A stretch of 64,000 nucleotides of DNA from Gemmatimonadota bacterium (GTDB lineage Bacteria; Gemmatimonadota; Gemmatimonadetes; Gemmatimonadales; GWC2-71-9), in NCBI GenBank assembly GCA_022563595.1, contig JADFNB010000015.1, forward strand, positions 10,105 through 74,104. The letters are read 5' to 3'. Shown here one piece after another: positions 39,456-48,846 of the stretch; positions within the stretch are counted from its first letter, which is position 1, and the number at the start of each line of letters is the position of its first letter. A program made the position numbers and the translations under genes. The notes below the pieces were generated by a model. The model saw only the letters and a list, made by a program, of their open reading frames with translations, was not told where the DNA came from and did no database searches.

Positions 39456-40481
39456 CTATGGCTGGACGACCGCGAAGTCGACCAGTTCGAGAATCGGGTT
39501 TCCCAGGTACTGTGATCGTGCCGCCCGAACGCGGCCGATGATGGTCATCTCCGTCAACGGCGGGAGATTCTCGATCGCCGCAATCTGCTCCTCCGTGAGT
39601 ACGACATAGACGAACCCGCGTTCGGGAACGGGCCCGCGAGCCAGCATGTAGCGCCGATCGGCCGGAATACCCCGGCGCAGTTCGTCGGCCTTCTGCAACG
39701 AGATGTACTGCACCGTCCACCGCAGCAGCTGTCCCTGGAACTCTGCCGGCCGGCTGCGCACTTCGGTCCGGGTGACCCCGGTCAGCACTCCGTCGGCCCC
39801 ACTTTCCAGGTCGACTGCGCGCACCCATCCTTCAACACTCACCCGAGCCCACTCCCCCGATCGTGTCACGACCCGAACCGCGGTACCCGTTCGCAGCACA
39901 CCGAGCGTGTCGCCGTCCGGCCCGGCCAACAGGTTCATCCGGCCCGCAGTCCGCGCGCGATCGAGCCGTGCCTCGTTGGGTGGTGGCTGGGTCACAGCCG
40001 CGTCACCCGTTGCCTGTGTGGCCGGTTCACTCACGCCGGTGAGAGACTGCGACCACATCCATCCGGTGCGCCGAACACGCACCCACCCCGTGCGCCGCTC
40101 CATCTCCTCGAGCAGGAAGCCTGTGAGGAGCCGGGCGAGAATATTCCCGTTCGGCTCGTCACGCAGGTTCTCTCCGCCCGAGCGACTCACCGCCAGGTCG
40201 AAGCCGTCCTGCGTCTCCGGCCGTACCGACTGCACCCAGATCCATCCTTCGAGGGTGACCTCGATCCACCGTCCGCTCCGCGCGCCGCCGGCCAGTTCCG
40301 TTCCCTCGTTGACGCGACCGAGCAACCGGCCGCCCGAACGGGGTTCCTGACGGAAGTTCTCCGCACGGATCACCCGAAAGCGATCTTGCGCGTGTACTTC
40401 GGACGCGGCCGCTACGACCAGTATGCCGGCCAGCGCCAACCAGGCTGGTAGCCCTACGGTACCGTAGCTAGATTGTTTCAT
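39456..40481 (-). CDS. Exported protein with three SH3b-like repeats
   Basis: Signal peptide (VHA-Q); repeats ending RWIEVTLEGWI, GWVRVRRTGWM and EWARVSVEGWV. Confidence 0.78.
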   Translation of the reverse strand: MKQSSYGTVGLPAWLALAGILVVAAASEVHAQDRFRVIRAENFRQEPRSGGRLLGRVNEGTELAGGARSGRWIEVTLEGWIWVQSVRPETQDGFDLAVSRSGGENLRDEPNGNILARLLTGFLLEEMERRTGWVRVRRTGWMWSQSLTGVSEPATQATGDAAVTQPPPNEARLDRARTAGRMNLLAGPDGDTLGVLRTGTAVRVVTRSGEWARVSVEGWVRAVDLESGADGVLTGVTRTEVRSRPAEFQGQLLRWTVQYISLQKADELRRGIPADRRYMLARGPVPERGFVYVVLTEEQIAAIENLPPLTEMTIIGRVRAARSQYLGNPILELVDFAVVQP

Positions 40482-40519
40482 TGCCTCAAGTTAGCTCATT
40501 CTAGGAGAACCCGCTCGGG

Positions 40520-41227
40520 ATGCCAGAGTTTCCTATCCTCGTCGTGTCGCTGGCTCTAGTACTGCCCGCATCGGCCGCGGCACAGGTGGGTCATGATCCT
40601 GCCAACTCGCCCTATCGTGACATCAGGAACCGAACGAACCTCGTAGCTACGGGTTGGTATCTGCGTGGATCGGGTGGTCGCCTGGGTCTCGGACCGCAAA
40701 GCGGCGAGGTCGTGGGCGCGCGCTACGAGACGCGTCTTACGGGGCCGAGCGACGTCTTTCTCGGACTGGCGCTCGGTCGGTTCGAACGCATGGTGATCGA
40801 TCCCGACGGGGCGGAAGCGACGCGGGTCACGGGACCGGTAGACCAATCGATCGTCTTCGTGAGCGTCGGCCTCAGCGTCCTGCTCACCGGAGACAAGACC
40901 TGGAACGGCCTGGCGCCCTACCTCGGTGCGGCCCTGGGGCTCGGCTTCGGCGGCGGTGTTGCATCCGACTCCAGCGAATTCCGCTTCAACGCCAAGTTCG
41001 TGAGCGGTCCCCACGCGGGCATCCGGTTCTATGCCACGCGCTCGCTCTCGCTGCGGCTCGAAGGCCGGCTGCTCTTCTGGCAGCTCAAGTATCCCAGCGG
41101 GTTCTTCACCGAACCGCTCCGGGCGCCCAACGACCCACCGGTCCTCAACCAGGACACCGACCCCGCGTCGGAGTGGACGTCGCATCCGACACTGATCTTC
41201 GCCGTGGGATACGCCCTGCGACTCTGA
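40520..41227 (+). CDS. Putative outer-membrane beta-barrel protein
   Basis: Signal peptide (AAA-Q); alternating strands APYLGAALGLGF, AGIRFY and terminal LIFAVGYALRL. Confidence 0.7.
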   Translation: MPEFPILVVSLALVLPASAAAQVGHDPANSPYRDIRNRTNLVATGWYLRGSGGRLGLGPQSGEVVGARYETRLTGPSDVFLGLALGRFERMVIDPDGAEATRVTGPVDQSIVFVSVGLSVLLTGDKTWNGLAPYLGAALGLGFGGGVASDSSEFRFNAKFVSGPHAGIRFYATRSLSLRLEGRLLFWQLKYPSGFFTEPLRAPNDPPVLNQDTDPASEWTSHPTLIFAVGYALRL

Positions 41228-41230
41228 GCA

Positions 41231-41935
41231 GTGGACTTCTTCGCTGAAGGCATGCGACGCGGCGCCGAACTCGTAATGAGTGGCGACGCAGAGGTATTCG
41301 GCATTGCGCTGCTCTCGCTGCGGGTGGCGCTCGTCGCCACCATTATCGCTTGCCTGTTCGGGATCCCCATAGGGTTCGTTGTCGGTACCACGCGGTTCTG
41401 GGGACGTCGCGCCGCCATCACTGTGCTCAACACGATGCTCGCCTTTCCAACGGTGGTTGTCGGGGTGGTGGTCTGGGGGCTGCTCGCGCGCAGCGGTCCG
41501 TTTGGTGGGATGGGCCTGCTGTATACGTGGTGGGCGATCGTCATCGCGGAGGTGGTCCTCGCGGTACCGATAGCCGCCGCACTGACCGCCGCCGCCGTCC
41601 AGACCATCGACCCGCGGGTTCGTCGCACGGCGTTGACGCTCGGCGCCGGCCCGTGGCGGGTTCATTGGGCGGTCGCCCAGGAGGCGCGCTACGCGCTCAC
41701 GGCTGCGGTAGTAGTGGCGTTCGGGCGCGTCCTGGCGGAGGTCGGCGCGGCGATGATCGTCGGCGGGAACATCCGCTACCACACCCGGACCCTCACGACC
41801 GCAGTAGCGCTCGCCACCTCGCAGGGCGATTTTGCGCTGGCCATCGCCCTGGGTCTCGTCCTCATCGCGCTCGCCCTGACGGTGAACGTCCTCCTGCAGA
41901 TGCTCCAGCTACGCGGCGATGCTCAGCGCGCATAG
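41231..41935 (+). CDS. Tungstate/molybdate ABC transporter permease (TupB-like)
   Basis: PTVVVG, GPFG.MGLLYT, FGRVLAEVGAAMIVGGNI and TRTLTTA. Confidence 0.9.
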   Translation: MDFFAEGMRRGAELVMSGDAEVFGIALLSLRVALVATIIACLFGIPIGFVVGTTRFWGRRAAITVLNTMLAFPTVVVGVVVWGLLARSGPFGGMGLLYTWWAIVIAEVVLAVPIAAALTAAAVQTIDPRVRRTALTLGAGPWRVHWAVAQEARYALTAAVVVAFGRVLAEVGAAMIVGGNIRYHTRTLTTAVALATSQGDFALAIALGLVLIALALTVNVLLQMLQLRGDAQRA

Positions 41936-42914
41936 CCTCCGGCTCGGTTACCGCGGCCGTTGGGTGCTCCAAATCGAGAACTTGGAGCTACCTGCCGGGA
42001 GCAGGATCGCGCTCGTGGGACCCAACGGTTCGGGCAAGAGCACCCTGCTCCGGATCCTCGCGTTCATCGAGCAACCCACGCACGGTGAGTTGAGATTCGA
42101 CGGGCAGCCCGTCCGCACCAGGCGCGACCGTTTGGCCGCCCGCCGCCGCGTCACGCTGGTCGAGCAGCAACCGCTGCTGTTCGATACGACCGTGAAAGCC
42201 AACCTGATGTACGCGTTGCGGCTGCGACATGTGCGTCATGCGGACGCTGCCGACCTGATGCGCTCGGCCGTCGAGCGGGTCGGTATCGAACACCTCGTCA
42301 CCAGGAGTGCCCGTGAGCTGAGTGGCGGTGAGATCCAGCGTGTCGCCATCGCGCGGGCCCTCGTGCTTCGGCCCGAGGTTCTCCTGCTCGATGAGCCGCA
42401 AAGCAGTGCCGATCAGGAGATGGTGAGCCGCCTGCCGGCCCTGATGGAGGAACTGCGCGCAGCCGGCACGACCGTCTGTTTCTCGTCGCACCGGCTGGAA
42501 GAGGCCTACCGCCTCGCCGACCGTATCATCGCACTGGTCGATGGCAAGCTGTCTCCGGCAGCCCCCGAGAACCTCTTTCGAACGACGGTCCCGCCGGGTA
42601 CGGGTCCGCGCGTCGTCCAGGCCGGCCCGCTCGCACTGCTCGTCGTAACCGACAAGGTCGGGCCGGCCACTGTTGCGATCCCCGCAGACGACATCGTGGT
42701 GTCCACTGAACCACTCCACTCGAGCGCCCGGAACCAGTTTCACGGAAAGATCGTGCGGCTGGCCGATGACGGCCGGGGTGGCGTGGCACTGACCGTCGAC
42801 GTCGGCACCGAACTCCTGGTCCGAATCACCCGCGCCGCTCTCGCCGACCTGAATCTGTCGGTGGGTTCATCTGTAGTGTTGTCCATCAAGACGATGGCCG
42901 TGCGGGTCTTCTGA
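41919..42914 (+). CDS. ABC ATPase (TupC/ModC-like) with C-terminal TOBE domain
   Basis: GPNGSGKST, LSGGE and LLLDEP; TOBE motif SARNQFHG...IT......L.L..G..V...IK. Confidence 0.9.
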   Translation: MLSAHSLRLGYRGRWVLQIENLELPAGSRIALVGPNGSGKSTLLRILAFIEQPTHGELRFDGQPVRTRRDRLAARRRVTLVEQQPLLFDTTVKANLMYALRLRHVRHADAADLMRSAVERVGIEHLVTRSARELSGGEIQRVAIARALVLRPEVLLLDEPQSSADQEMVSRLPALMEELRAAGTTVCFSSHRLEEAYRLADRIIALVDGKLSPAAPENLFRTTVPPGTGPRVVQAGPLALLVVTDKVGPATVAIPADDIVVSTEPLHSSARNQFHGKIVRLADDGRGGVALTVDVGTELLVRITRAALADLNLSVGSSVVLSIKTMAVRVF

Positions 42915-42934
42915 CGCCCTACTAGATTTCACGC

Positions 42935-43360
42935 GTGCCCACAGCCCGTCTCACTCGCGTTGTATCGTTCAGCGCCGCCCATCGGTATTTCCGCCCCGAG
43001 TGGTCGGCCAGCCGGAACGCAGAGGTCTTCGGGCGGTGCGCCCGCGAGCACGGGCACGGGCATAACTACCGCTGCTACGTTACGGTAGCCGGACCCGTCG
43101 CCGAGGACACCGGGATGCTGATGGATCTGGCCGAGCTGGACGCCATCCTCCACGAGGAGGTGCACCAACCGCTCGACCACCGGCATCTCAACCACGACGT
43201 TCCGGAGTTCGCCCCCGGGAGACAGATCCCAACCGCTGAGGCCCTGGCGGTGTACCTCTGGCGTCGCGTCGCGTCACGTCTGCCGGACGGCGTACGCCTC
43301 CATTCCGTTCGTGTCCAGGAGGATTCCGATCTCTACGCGGAGTACCATGGCGAAGCCTGA
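42935..43360 (+). CDS. 6-pyruvoyl-/6-carboxy-tetrahydropterin synthase family (PTPS/QueD)
   Basis: FSAAHR, C....HGHGHNY, GMLMD, LDHRHLN and PTAE. Confidence 0.92.
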   Translation: MPTARLTRVVSFSAAHRYFRPEWSASRNAEVFGRCAREHGHGHNYRCYVTVAGPVAEDTGMLMDLAELDAILHEEVHQPLDHRHLNHDVPEFAPGRQIPTAEALAVYLWRRVASRLPDGVRLHSVRVQEDSDLYAEYHGEA

Positions 43361-44111
43361 GACACCGTCACGCCCCACCAAACGGGGAGGGCGGATGGCA
43401 GCCCTTGCCCTGGTGGACGAGGTAGCAGTGTGGCTCGAGGTGAACGGGAAGCCGGCGGTTACGTGGATGTGCACGCCGAGCCAGCTCGAAGAGTTGGCGG
43501 TCGGCTGGCTCCACGGAGAGGGATACGTCGCCACGATCGACGATCTGCGTTCACTGCGCCCGTGCGCGCCGGACTTGGGGTTCTGGGCGGAGGTGAACGA
43601 GGATCTGGTTCAGGCGGTTGAAGCGGAAGATCGACAGCAAGTCCTCGCCTCCGGGTGCGGGGCGGTGCCTGTGTTCCTCGCTGACACGCACACGGCTCCG
43701 CGGGGATCGCGCCGCGGGTCGCCACCGGCGTTGGGAGCGCTCCGCGGGCTCTTCAAAGAGGTTTTCGCGCGCGGGAAGCTCTATAAGGACACCGGCGGCA
43801 TCCACGCAGCGGCCCTGACAGACGGCGCGACTCTGCACCACCACGCGGAGGACATCGGGCGCCATAACGCAGTCGACAAGGTACTCGGCGGGGCCCTGCT
43901 GGCGCGCCGCGACCTCGCGGGCCACGGGCTGCTCGTGACCGGCCGCATCTCGGCCGAGTTGGCGTTCAAGGGCGCGCGTGCGGGTCTGGCTTGGATCGCG
44001 ACCCCATCGGTCCCATCGACGCTGGCCCAGAAGATCGCCCGACGCTCAGGAATGGTGCTCGTCGGGAGAGCGGTGAGCGGACAGCCTCACATGCACGATC
44101 CGGAACACTGA
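43347..44111 (+). CDS. fdhD: Formate dehydrogenase accessory sulfurtransferase
   Basis: MCTP..LEELAVG.L..EG, SGCG, TGGIHAAAL, EDIGRHNAVDK and TGRISAE. Confidence 0.92.
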   Translation: MAKPETPSRPTKRGGRMAALALVDEVAVWLEVNGKPAVTWMCTPSQLEELAVGWLHGEGYVATIDDLRSLRPCAPDLGFWAEVNEDLVQAVEAEDRQQVLASGCGAVPVFLADTHTAPRGSRRGSPPALGALRGLFKEVFARGKLYKDTGGIHAAALTDGATLHHHAEDIGRHNAVDKVLGGALLARRDLAGHGLLVTGRISAELAFKGARAGLAWIATPSVPSTLAQKIARRSGMVLVGRAVSGQPHMHDPEH

Positions 44112-44142
44112 TAGATTGCTCACGACCACGGCGGTTACTCAG

Positions 44143-44742
44143 ATGCGTAGTGTCATACTCGCGGGGGGATGCGCCAGCCGTTTCGGCGGCAGGCCGAAGG
44201 GGCTCGAGCCGGTCGGCGACGAGCGCATCGTCGACCGGGTCGTGACCGCCGTCAAGCAGGCAACGGGTTCGTTGCCGCTCCTGGTGGCGAATGCCGATGA
44301 CGCACGGACATGGCGTCCCGATCTGGAGGTCATCCGGGACATTCTGCCCGAGCAAGGGAGCCTGGGCGGTATCTATACCGCCGTTGCCTCCGGCGAAGGA
44401 CCCGCGCTCGTCGTCGCCTGGGACATGCCGTTCGTCCCGGCCGATCTGCTCACGGCACTCGTCAACGGATGTGAGGGGTTTGACGTATTCCTGCCAGAGA
44501 GCAGGGGTACGCGCGGCGTCGAGCCATTGTGCGGCGTCTATGGGCCTGCCTGCGAACCGGCAATCCGCCGGTCGCTCGAGCAGGAAGACCTCCGCGCCAT
44601 TGGGTTTCACCATGCCGTGAACGTCGGCACGCTTCCGCTGGAACAGGTCTCGACGTTCGGCAACCCCGACACGTTGTTCTTCAACGTGAACACCGCCGAG
44701 GACCTGGAGAAAGCTGAGGAACTGTGGCGCCAACACGTGTGA
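44143..44742 (+). CDS. mobA: Molybdenum cofactor guanylyltransferase
   Basis: ILAGG.ASRFGG.PK, GSLGGI, DMPF, EPLCG.Y and FFNVNT.ED. Confidence 0.92.
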   Translation: MRSVILAGGCASRFGGRPKGLEPVGDERIVDRVVTAVKQATGSLPLLVANADDARTWRPDLEVIRDILPEQGSLGGIYTAVASGEGPALVVAWDMPFVPADLLTALVNGCEGFDVFLPESRGTRGVEPLCGVYGPACEPAIRRSLEQEDLRAIGFHHAVNVGTLPLEQVSTFGNPDTLFFNVNTAEDLEKAEELWRQHV

Positions 44743-45254
44743 TCTCGGTCATCGGACGAAAGAGCGCCGGGAAGACGACACTCGTCGTTGCCCTGGTGCA
44801 GGAATTCGTCCGGCGGGGCCGCCGGGTCGGTACCGTCAAACACGGTCATCATCCCGCCGTGCTGGACGTCGAGGGAAAGGACACATGGCGGCACTACCAG
44901 GAAGCGCGCGCGGAGCGAACCCTGATCGAGTCACCCGGCCATCGGGTACTGTTCGAGCGGACGGATCAGGAATCCGACCCGTTGACGCTCATCGGGCGCT
45001 ACTTGCAGGACATGGACATCGTGGTGCTCGAGGGGTTCAAGTCGTATCCGATACCGAAGATCGAGGTCCACCGCACGACCGAGCATCCGACACCGCTGTT
45101 CGACACGACCAGCGACGAGTCGGGCGACTGGGTGGCGATGGTGACGGACGACAAGAGCCTGCGCCTCCCGTTCCCCTGTTTCGCATTCACCGACACCAGC
45201 TGGTTCACCAACCTGGCGCACATCGCCTGGGACGGCGCCGCGCTGATCGAGTAG
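44724..45254 (+). CDS. mobB: Molybdopterin-guanine dinucleotide biosynthesis protein B
   Basis: GRKSAGKTT, VKHGHH, D.EGKDT and LEGFK...PKIEV. Confidence 0.93.
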   Translation: MAPTRVISVIGRKSAGKTTLVVALVQEFVRRGRRVGTVKHGHHPAVLDVEGKDTWRHYQEARAERTLIESPGHRVLFERTDQESDPLTLIGRYLQDMDIVVLEGFKSYPIPKIEVHRTTEHPTPLFDTTSDESGDWVAMVTDDKSLRLPFPCFAFTDTSWFTNLAHIAWDGAALIE

Positions 45255-45258
45255 CTCA

Positions 45259-46506
45259 ATGCTCTCTCCCGCCGAAGCGGCGCGGACGATCCTCCAAGAC
45301 GTGACACGCCTTCCGGTCGAGTGCATCTCCCTTCCTGAGGCTCTTGATCGCGTCCTTGCTAACGACGTGACGAGCCCCATCGATCTGCCGGGCTGGGACA
45401 ACTCGGCGATGGATGGGTATGCGGTACGAAGCGAGGACCTCCACAGCAAGGTGGGCGCCGTGGAGCTGCGTGTCATCGAGACCATCCCGGCGGGCGCCTT
45501 CCCCTCCAAGTCGCTCGCGCCGGGCGAGTGCAGCCGCATCTTCACCGGCGCACCGATTCCGGAAGGGGCGGACACCGTCATCCGTCAGGAGGACACGACG
45601 CCGCTGGGGGACGACCGCGTGCGGATAGATGATGTCGGTGGTGCCAAGCGCAACGTGCGGTTTCGCGGAGAAGACATCAAACGCGGGACCGTCGTCCTGC
45701 TCAACGGCACAGCACTGGGACCGGCTCACCTGGGCGTGCTGGCCTCGATGGCGCAGAGCGAGGTGTACGTCTACCGACAGCCGAAGGTCGCGTTTCTTGG
45801 CTCGGGCGACGAGATCGTCGATCTCGACGAGCGTGACGCGATCCTGAAGGGGACGAAGATCGCCTCGTCCAACACCTATACCTTGCTCGCGATGATCGCA
45901 CAGGCCGGCGGGGAGGCGATCAACTTGGGGCTGGCCAAGGACGATCCAGCGGACATCACCCATCGACTCGCTAACATCTTCCAGGCCGATCTGCTCATCA
46001 CGACCGCCGGCATCAGCGTCGGAGAACACGATCACATGCGAACCGCGCTCGATGCGCTGCATACCGACTTCAAGTTCTGGCGGATCCTGATGCGTCCAGG
46101 CGCACCCGTGGGATTCGGGATGATCGGAGCGACACCGTGGCTCGGGCTGCCCGGCAACCCCGTGAGCACCATGGTGACGTTCGAACTGTTCGCCCGCCCC
46201 GCCATACGCAAGATGCTTGGCCACCTCAAGCTGTTCCGCGCGAGTGTTCCCGTGCGGATTGCCGAGTCATTCGCCGTTCGCGCGAAGCTGACCCATTTCC
46301 TGCGCGCGGTGATCACCGACGACGGCGACGGAACGCTCAGCGCCCGACTGACCGGGTCGCAGGGTTCCGGGATTCTCACCTCGATGGCACAGGCCAACGC
46401 GCTGCTGATCGTTCCGGCGGAGCTGGCGGACGTTACGGAGGGAACGACACTGGCAGCGATCCCGTTGGACGGTCACGTCCACGTCGAGCAACCGCCGTTC
46501 GAGTAG
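45259..46506 (+). CDS. moeA: Molybdopterin molybdotransferase
   Basis: SAMDGYA, IFTGAPIPEGADTV, GDE, GISVG, RPG.P, LPGNPVS and QGSG.L.SM..AN. Confidence 0.96.
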   Translation: MLSPAEAARTILQDVTRLPVECISLPEALDRVLANDVTSPIDLPGWDNSAMDGYAVRSEDLHSKVGAVELRVIETIPAGAFPSKSLAPGECSRIFTGAPIPEGADTVIRQEDTTPLGDDRVRIDDVGGAKRNVRFRGEDIKRGTVVLLNGTALGPAHLGVLASMAQSEVYVYRQPKVAFLGSGDEIVDLDERDAILKGTKIASSNTYTLLAMIAQAGGEAINLGLAKDDPADITHRLANIFQADLLITTAGISVGEHDHMRTALDALHTDFKFWRILMRPGAPVGFGMIGATPWLGLPGNPVSTMVTFELFARPAIRKMLGHLKLFRASVPVRIAESFAVRAKLTHFLRAVITDDGDGTLSARLTGSQGSGILTSMAQANALLIVPAELADVTEGTTLAAIPLDGHVHVEQPPFE

Positions 46507-46524
46507 CTTGCCGGACGCGGGATG

Positions 46525-48186
46525 CTACATCTTCTGGTAGGTCGGTCCACTCCCACCTTCCCGCGGGGTCCATCGCGGGCCGAGCACGTCAGTGGCTTTG
46601 CAGTCGACACAGTTCGGGGCATTGATACGCAGCTCCCCGTCGGCCCACTCGTAGACGCCCGCCGGGCACAGGTGTGCGTACATATCGGCGGTCTCCCGGT
46701 CGATACCGTGCTTGGCGATCAGGTGAGTGGGAATGTCATCCCGCGTCGCGTTGCCGGACTTGAACACGGCATCCAGCTTGGAAATGGTCAACTTCCCGTC
46801 GGCCGAAAACGGTGTGGAGGAACCGACGCGCTTGGGCGCGGCCGCGTCGGCATCCATCGGAATGCGCCGCCCCGGGAACCGCCCGCCCGTCAGGCTCATC
46901 AGTCCGGCCTTCAGGCCACCGATGTAGAACCCGCTCTTGAAGGCGGGCCGGATATTCCGGGTGCGGTGGAGGTCACCGACGATATATGACTCATTCACCA
47001 GGCGATCGTACTCGGCCAGTTGGCTCGCCGACGTGTCACCGGCCTTGAGAGCCCGGTAGATGGCCTGGGCGGCCAGGATGCCGGACTGCATGGCGTAGTG
47101 AATGCCCTTGAGCGAGGGAACGTCGACGAACCCCGCCGCGTCGCCAAGGATCACGATCCCGTCGCCGTGCCGCCGTTCCGGCAGGGCATGATAACCACCC
47201 TCCGGGATAGTCTTCGCACCCCACTCCACCAGCTCGCCGCCCTCTAAGAACCTCCGGAAGAGCGGGTGGAGCTTCAGGCGTTGCAGCAGCTCATGCACGT
47301 CCAGGGTGGCATCATGGTAGTCGAGCCCGACTACCAACCCGAACGAGAGCAGGTTCGCCTCCATGGGGTACATCCAGCTTCCACCGAACGCATCGCGCGG
47401 GAGCGGCCACCCCATCGTGTGGACCACGCGGTCCAACGGCGTCTTGGTCTCCCATAGCTCCTTGACACCTAACGCGAATGTCTGGGGATCGACCGACCCG
47501 ATGTTCTGCCACTGATAGTACGCCTGCGCGAGGGATCCGCGGGTGCCCTCGGCCAGCGCGGTGACCTTGGCAACGATATCCGCGGCGGGCATGTAGTTGG
47601 CCTGGGGCTCGCCGTCGCGACCGAGCCCCGTTGGCTCGGTTCGGACACCGATGACGCGGTTGCCTTGGGCCAGCAGCGACGCGGCGGGGAAACCCGCAAA
47701 CACGTTCACACCCAGTGCCTCGGCTTGCTCGCCCAGCCAGCGGACGATCTCGCAGATGGACGCGACGAAGTTCCCCTTGTTGTGCATCGTCGGCGGCACC
47801 GGAATACGGTGCGCGCGCCGTTGCGACAGGATATAGACCGAATCCTTGGCGACCGGCGAGCGGAACGGGAAATCACTGTCGTCCAAGTCTGGGAACAACG
47901 CACGGAACGCGCGCGGGTTCACAAGGGCACCCGAGAGAGAATGCTCGCCCAGCGTAGCGGCTTTCTCGAGCACACCGATCTCGACGTCCCCGATTCCGTC
48001 GCCCGCCTCGTTGTCGCGCCGTACCAGCAGGCTCAACTCGATGGCGCCGGCGAGGCCGGCGGGGCCACCGCCAACAAAGACGGCGTCCATCTCGATCGTC
48101 TCATCTTGGGGAGGCTCGGAACGAATGAGTTGCTCGACCGGAAGCGCAGGTTGCGTCTCGGCCGGAATGATGACGCGGGCGGCCAT
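46525..48186 (-). CDS. Electron transfer flavoprotein-quinone oxidoreductase
   Basis: VGGGPAGLA, LGVKE, GAKTIPEGG and KGIHYAM; C-terminal Fe-S motif CPAGVY...NCVDCKA. Confidence 0.93.
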   Translation of the reverse strand: MAARVIIPAETQPALPVEQLIRSEPPQDETIEMDAVFVGGGPAGLAGAIELSLLVRRDNEAGDGIGDVEIGVLEKAATLGEHSLSGALVNPRAFRALFPDLDDSDFPFRSPVAKDSVYILSQRRAHRIPVPPTMHNKGNFVASICEIVRWLGEQAEALGVNVFAGFPAASLLAQGNRVIGVRTEPTGLGRDGEPQANYMPAADIVAKVTALAEGTRGSLAQAYYQWQNIGSVDPQTFALGVKELWETKTPLDRVVHTMGWPLPRDAFGGSWMYPMEANLLSFGLVVGLDYHDATLDVHELLQRLKLHPLFRRFLEGGELVEWGAKTIPEGGYHALPERRHGDGIVILGDAAGFVDVPSLKGIHYAMQSGILAAQAIYRALKAGDTSASQLAEYDRLVNESYIVGDLHRTRNIRPAFKSGFYIGGLKAGLMSLTGGRFPGRRIPMDADAAAPKRVGSSTPFSADGKLTISKLDAVFKSGNATRDDIPTHLIAKHGIDRETADMYAHLCPAGVYEWADGELRINAPNCVDCKATDVLGPRWTPREGGSGPTYQKM

Positions 48187-48188
48187 GG

Positions 48189-48845
48189 TCAGAGGCCGAT
48201 ACGGGCTCCGATAGTAATCACAGCGTCGTAGGCGATGCCCGAAGCCTCGAAACCACCGGGAAGGCTGTTGCTGCTCGGAGACATGAAATAGCTCGTCCAC
48301 GCGACCCGCCCGCCTACCTTGGCCCCTGGTTGGAAATCGTAGCCGATCACGAGAACCCCGCCGTACTCGGTCTCGGTGTCATCCTGTCCGACGACCGCAC
48401 CCGGATCCAACCGGAGCATCGCTGCTCCCAACCCGAAATAGACCGGCACCCGAGCCTTCAACCGCAGCAACAGCATGGCGGCTCCTCGCAGGGTGGTCAG
48501 CGTCGCGCGGCTGCTTCTACAGTTACCCCGCACACATACGAACCGGTTCGGCCGGCTGATGCTGCCGGTAACGCCAAGCCCGAAGTTACCCATGAGAGGC
48601 AGCTGGAGATCAGCGCCAACCGCCGGCCCCGAGCCGATCTTGTGATCGATGCACGGCGTTCCCGCGATACACGTCCCATCCCCCGGGTCTGACGCCGCGC
48701 GACGGCCCCGGAATCCGAGACCAACGAACGCTGTCACGTTGAACGTGAACGCGGCACGGCGCGTGGAACGGGCGCCGACTTGCGCACCAAGTGGCGAGAC
48801 GACGAGCATTAGCGTGAGCGATGTGACGCCGAGACGGACAAGCAT
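48189..48845 (-). CDS. Putative outer-membrane beta-barrel protein with two Cys pairs
   Basis: Signal peptide (LGA-Q); strands PVYFGLG, VIGYDF and terminal ITIGARIGL; loops CIAGTPC and CVRGNC. Confidence 0.65.
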   Translation of the reverse strand: MLVRLGVTSLTLMLVVSPLGAQVGARSTRRAAFTFNVTAFVGLGFRGRRAASDPGDGTCIAGTPCIDHKIGSGPAVGADLQLPLMGNFGLGVTGSISRPNRFVCVRGNCRSSRATLTTLRGAAMLLLRLKARVPVYFGLGAAMLRLDPGAVVGQDDTETEYGGVLVIGYDFQPGAKVGGRVAWTSYFMSPSSNSLPGGFEASGIAYDAVITIGARIGL

Positions 48846-48846
48846 G

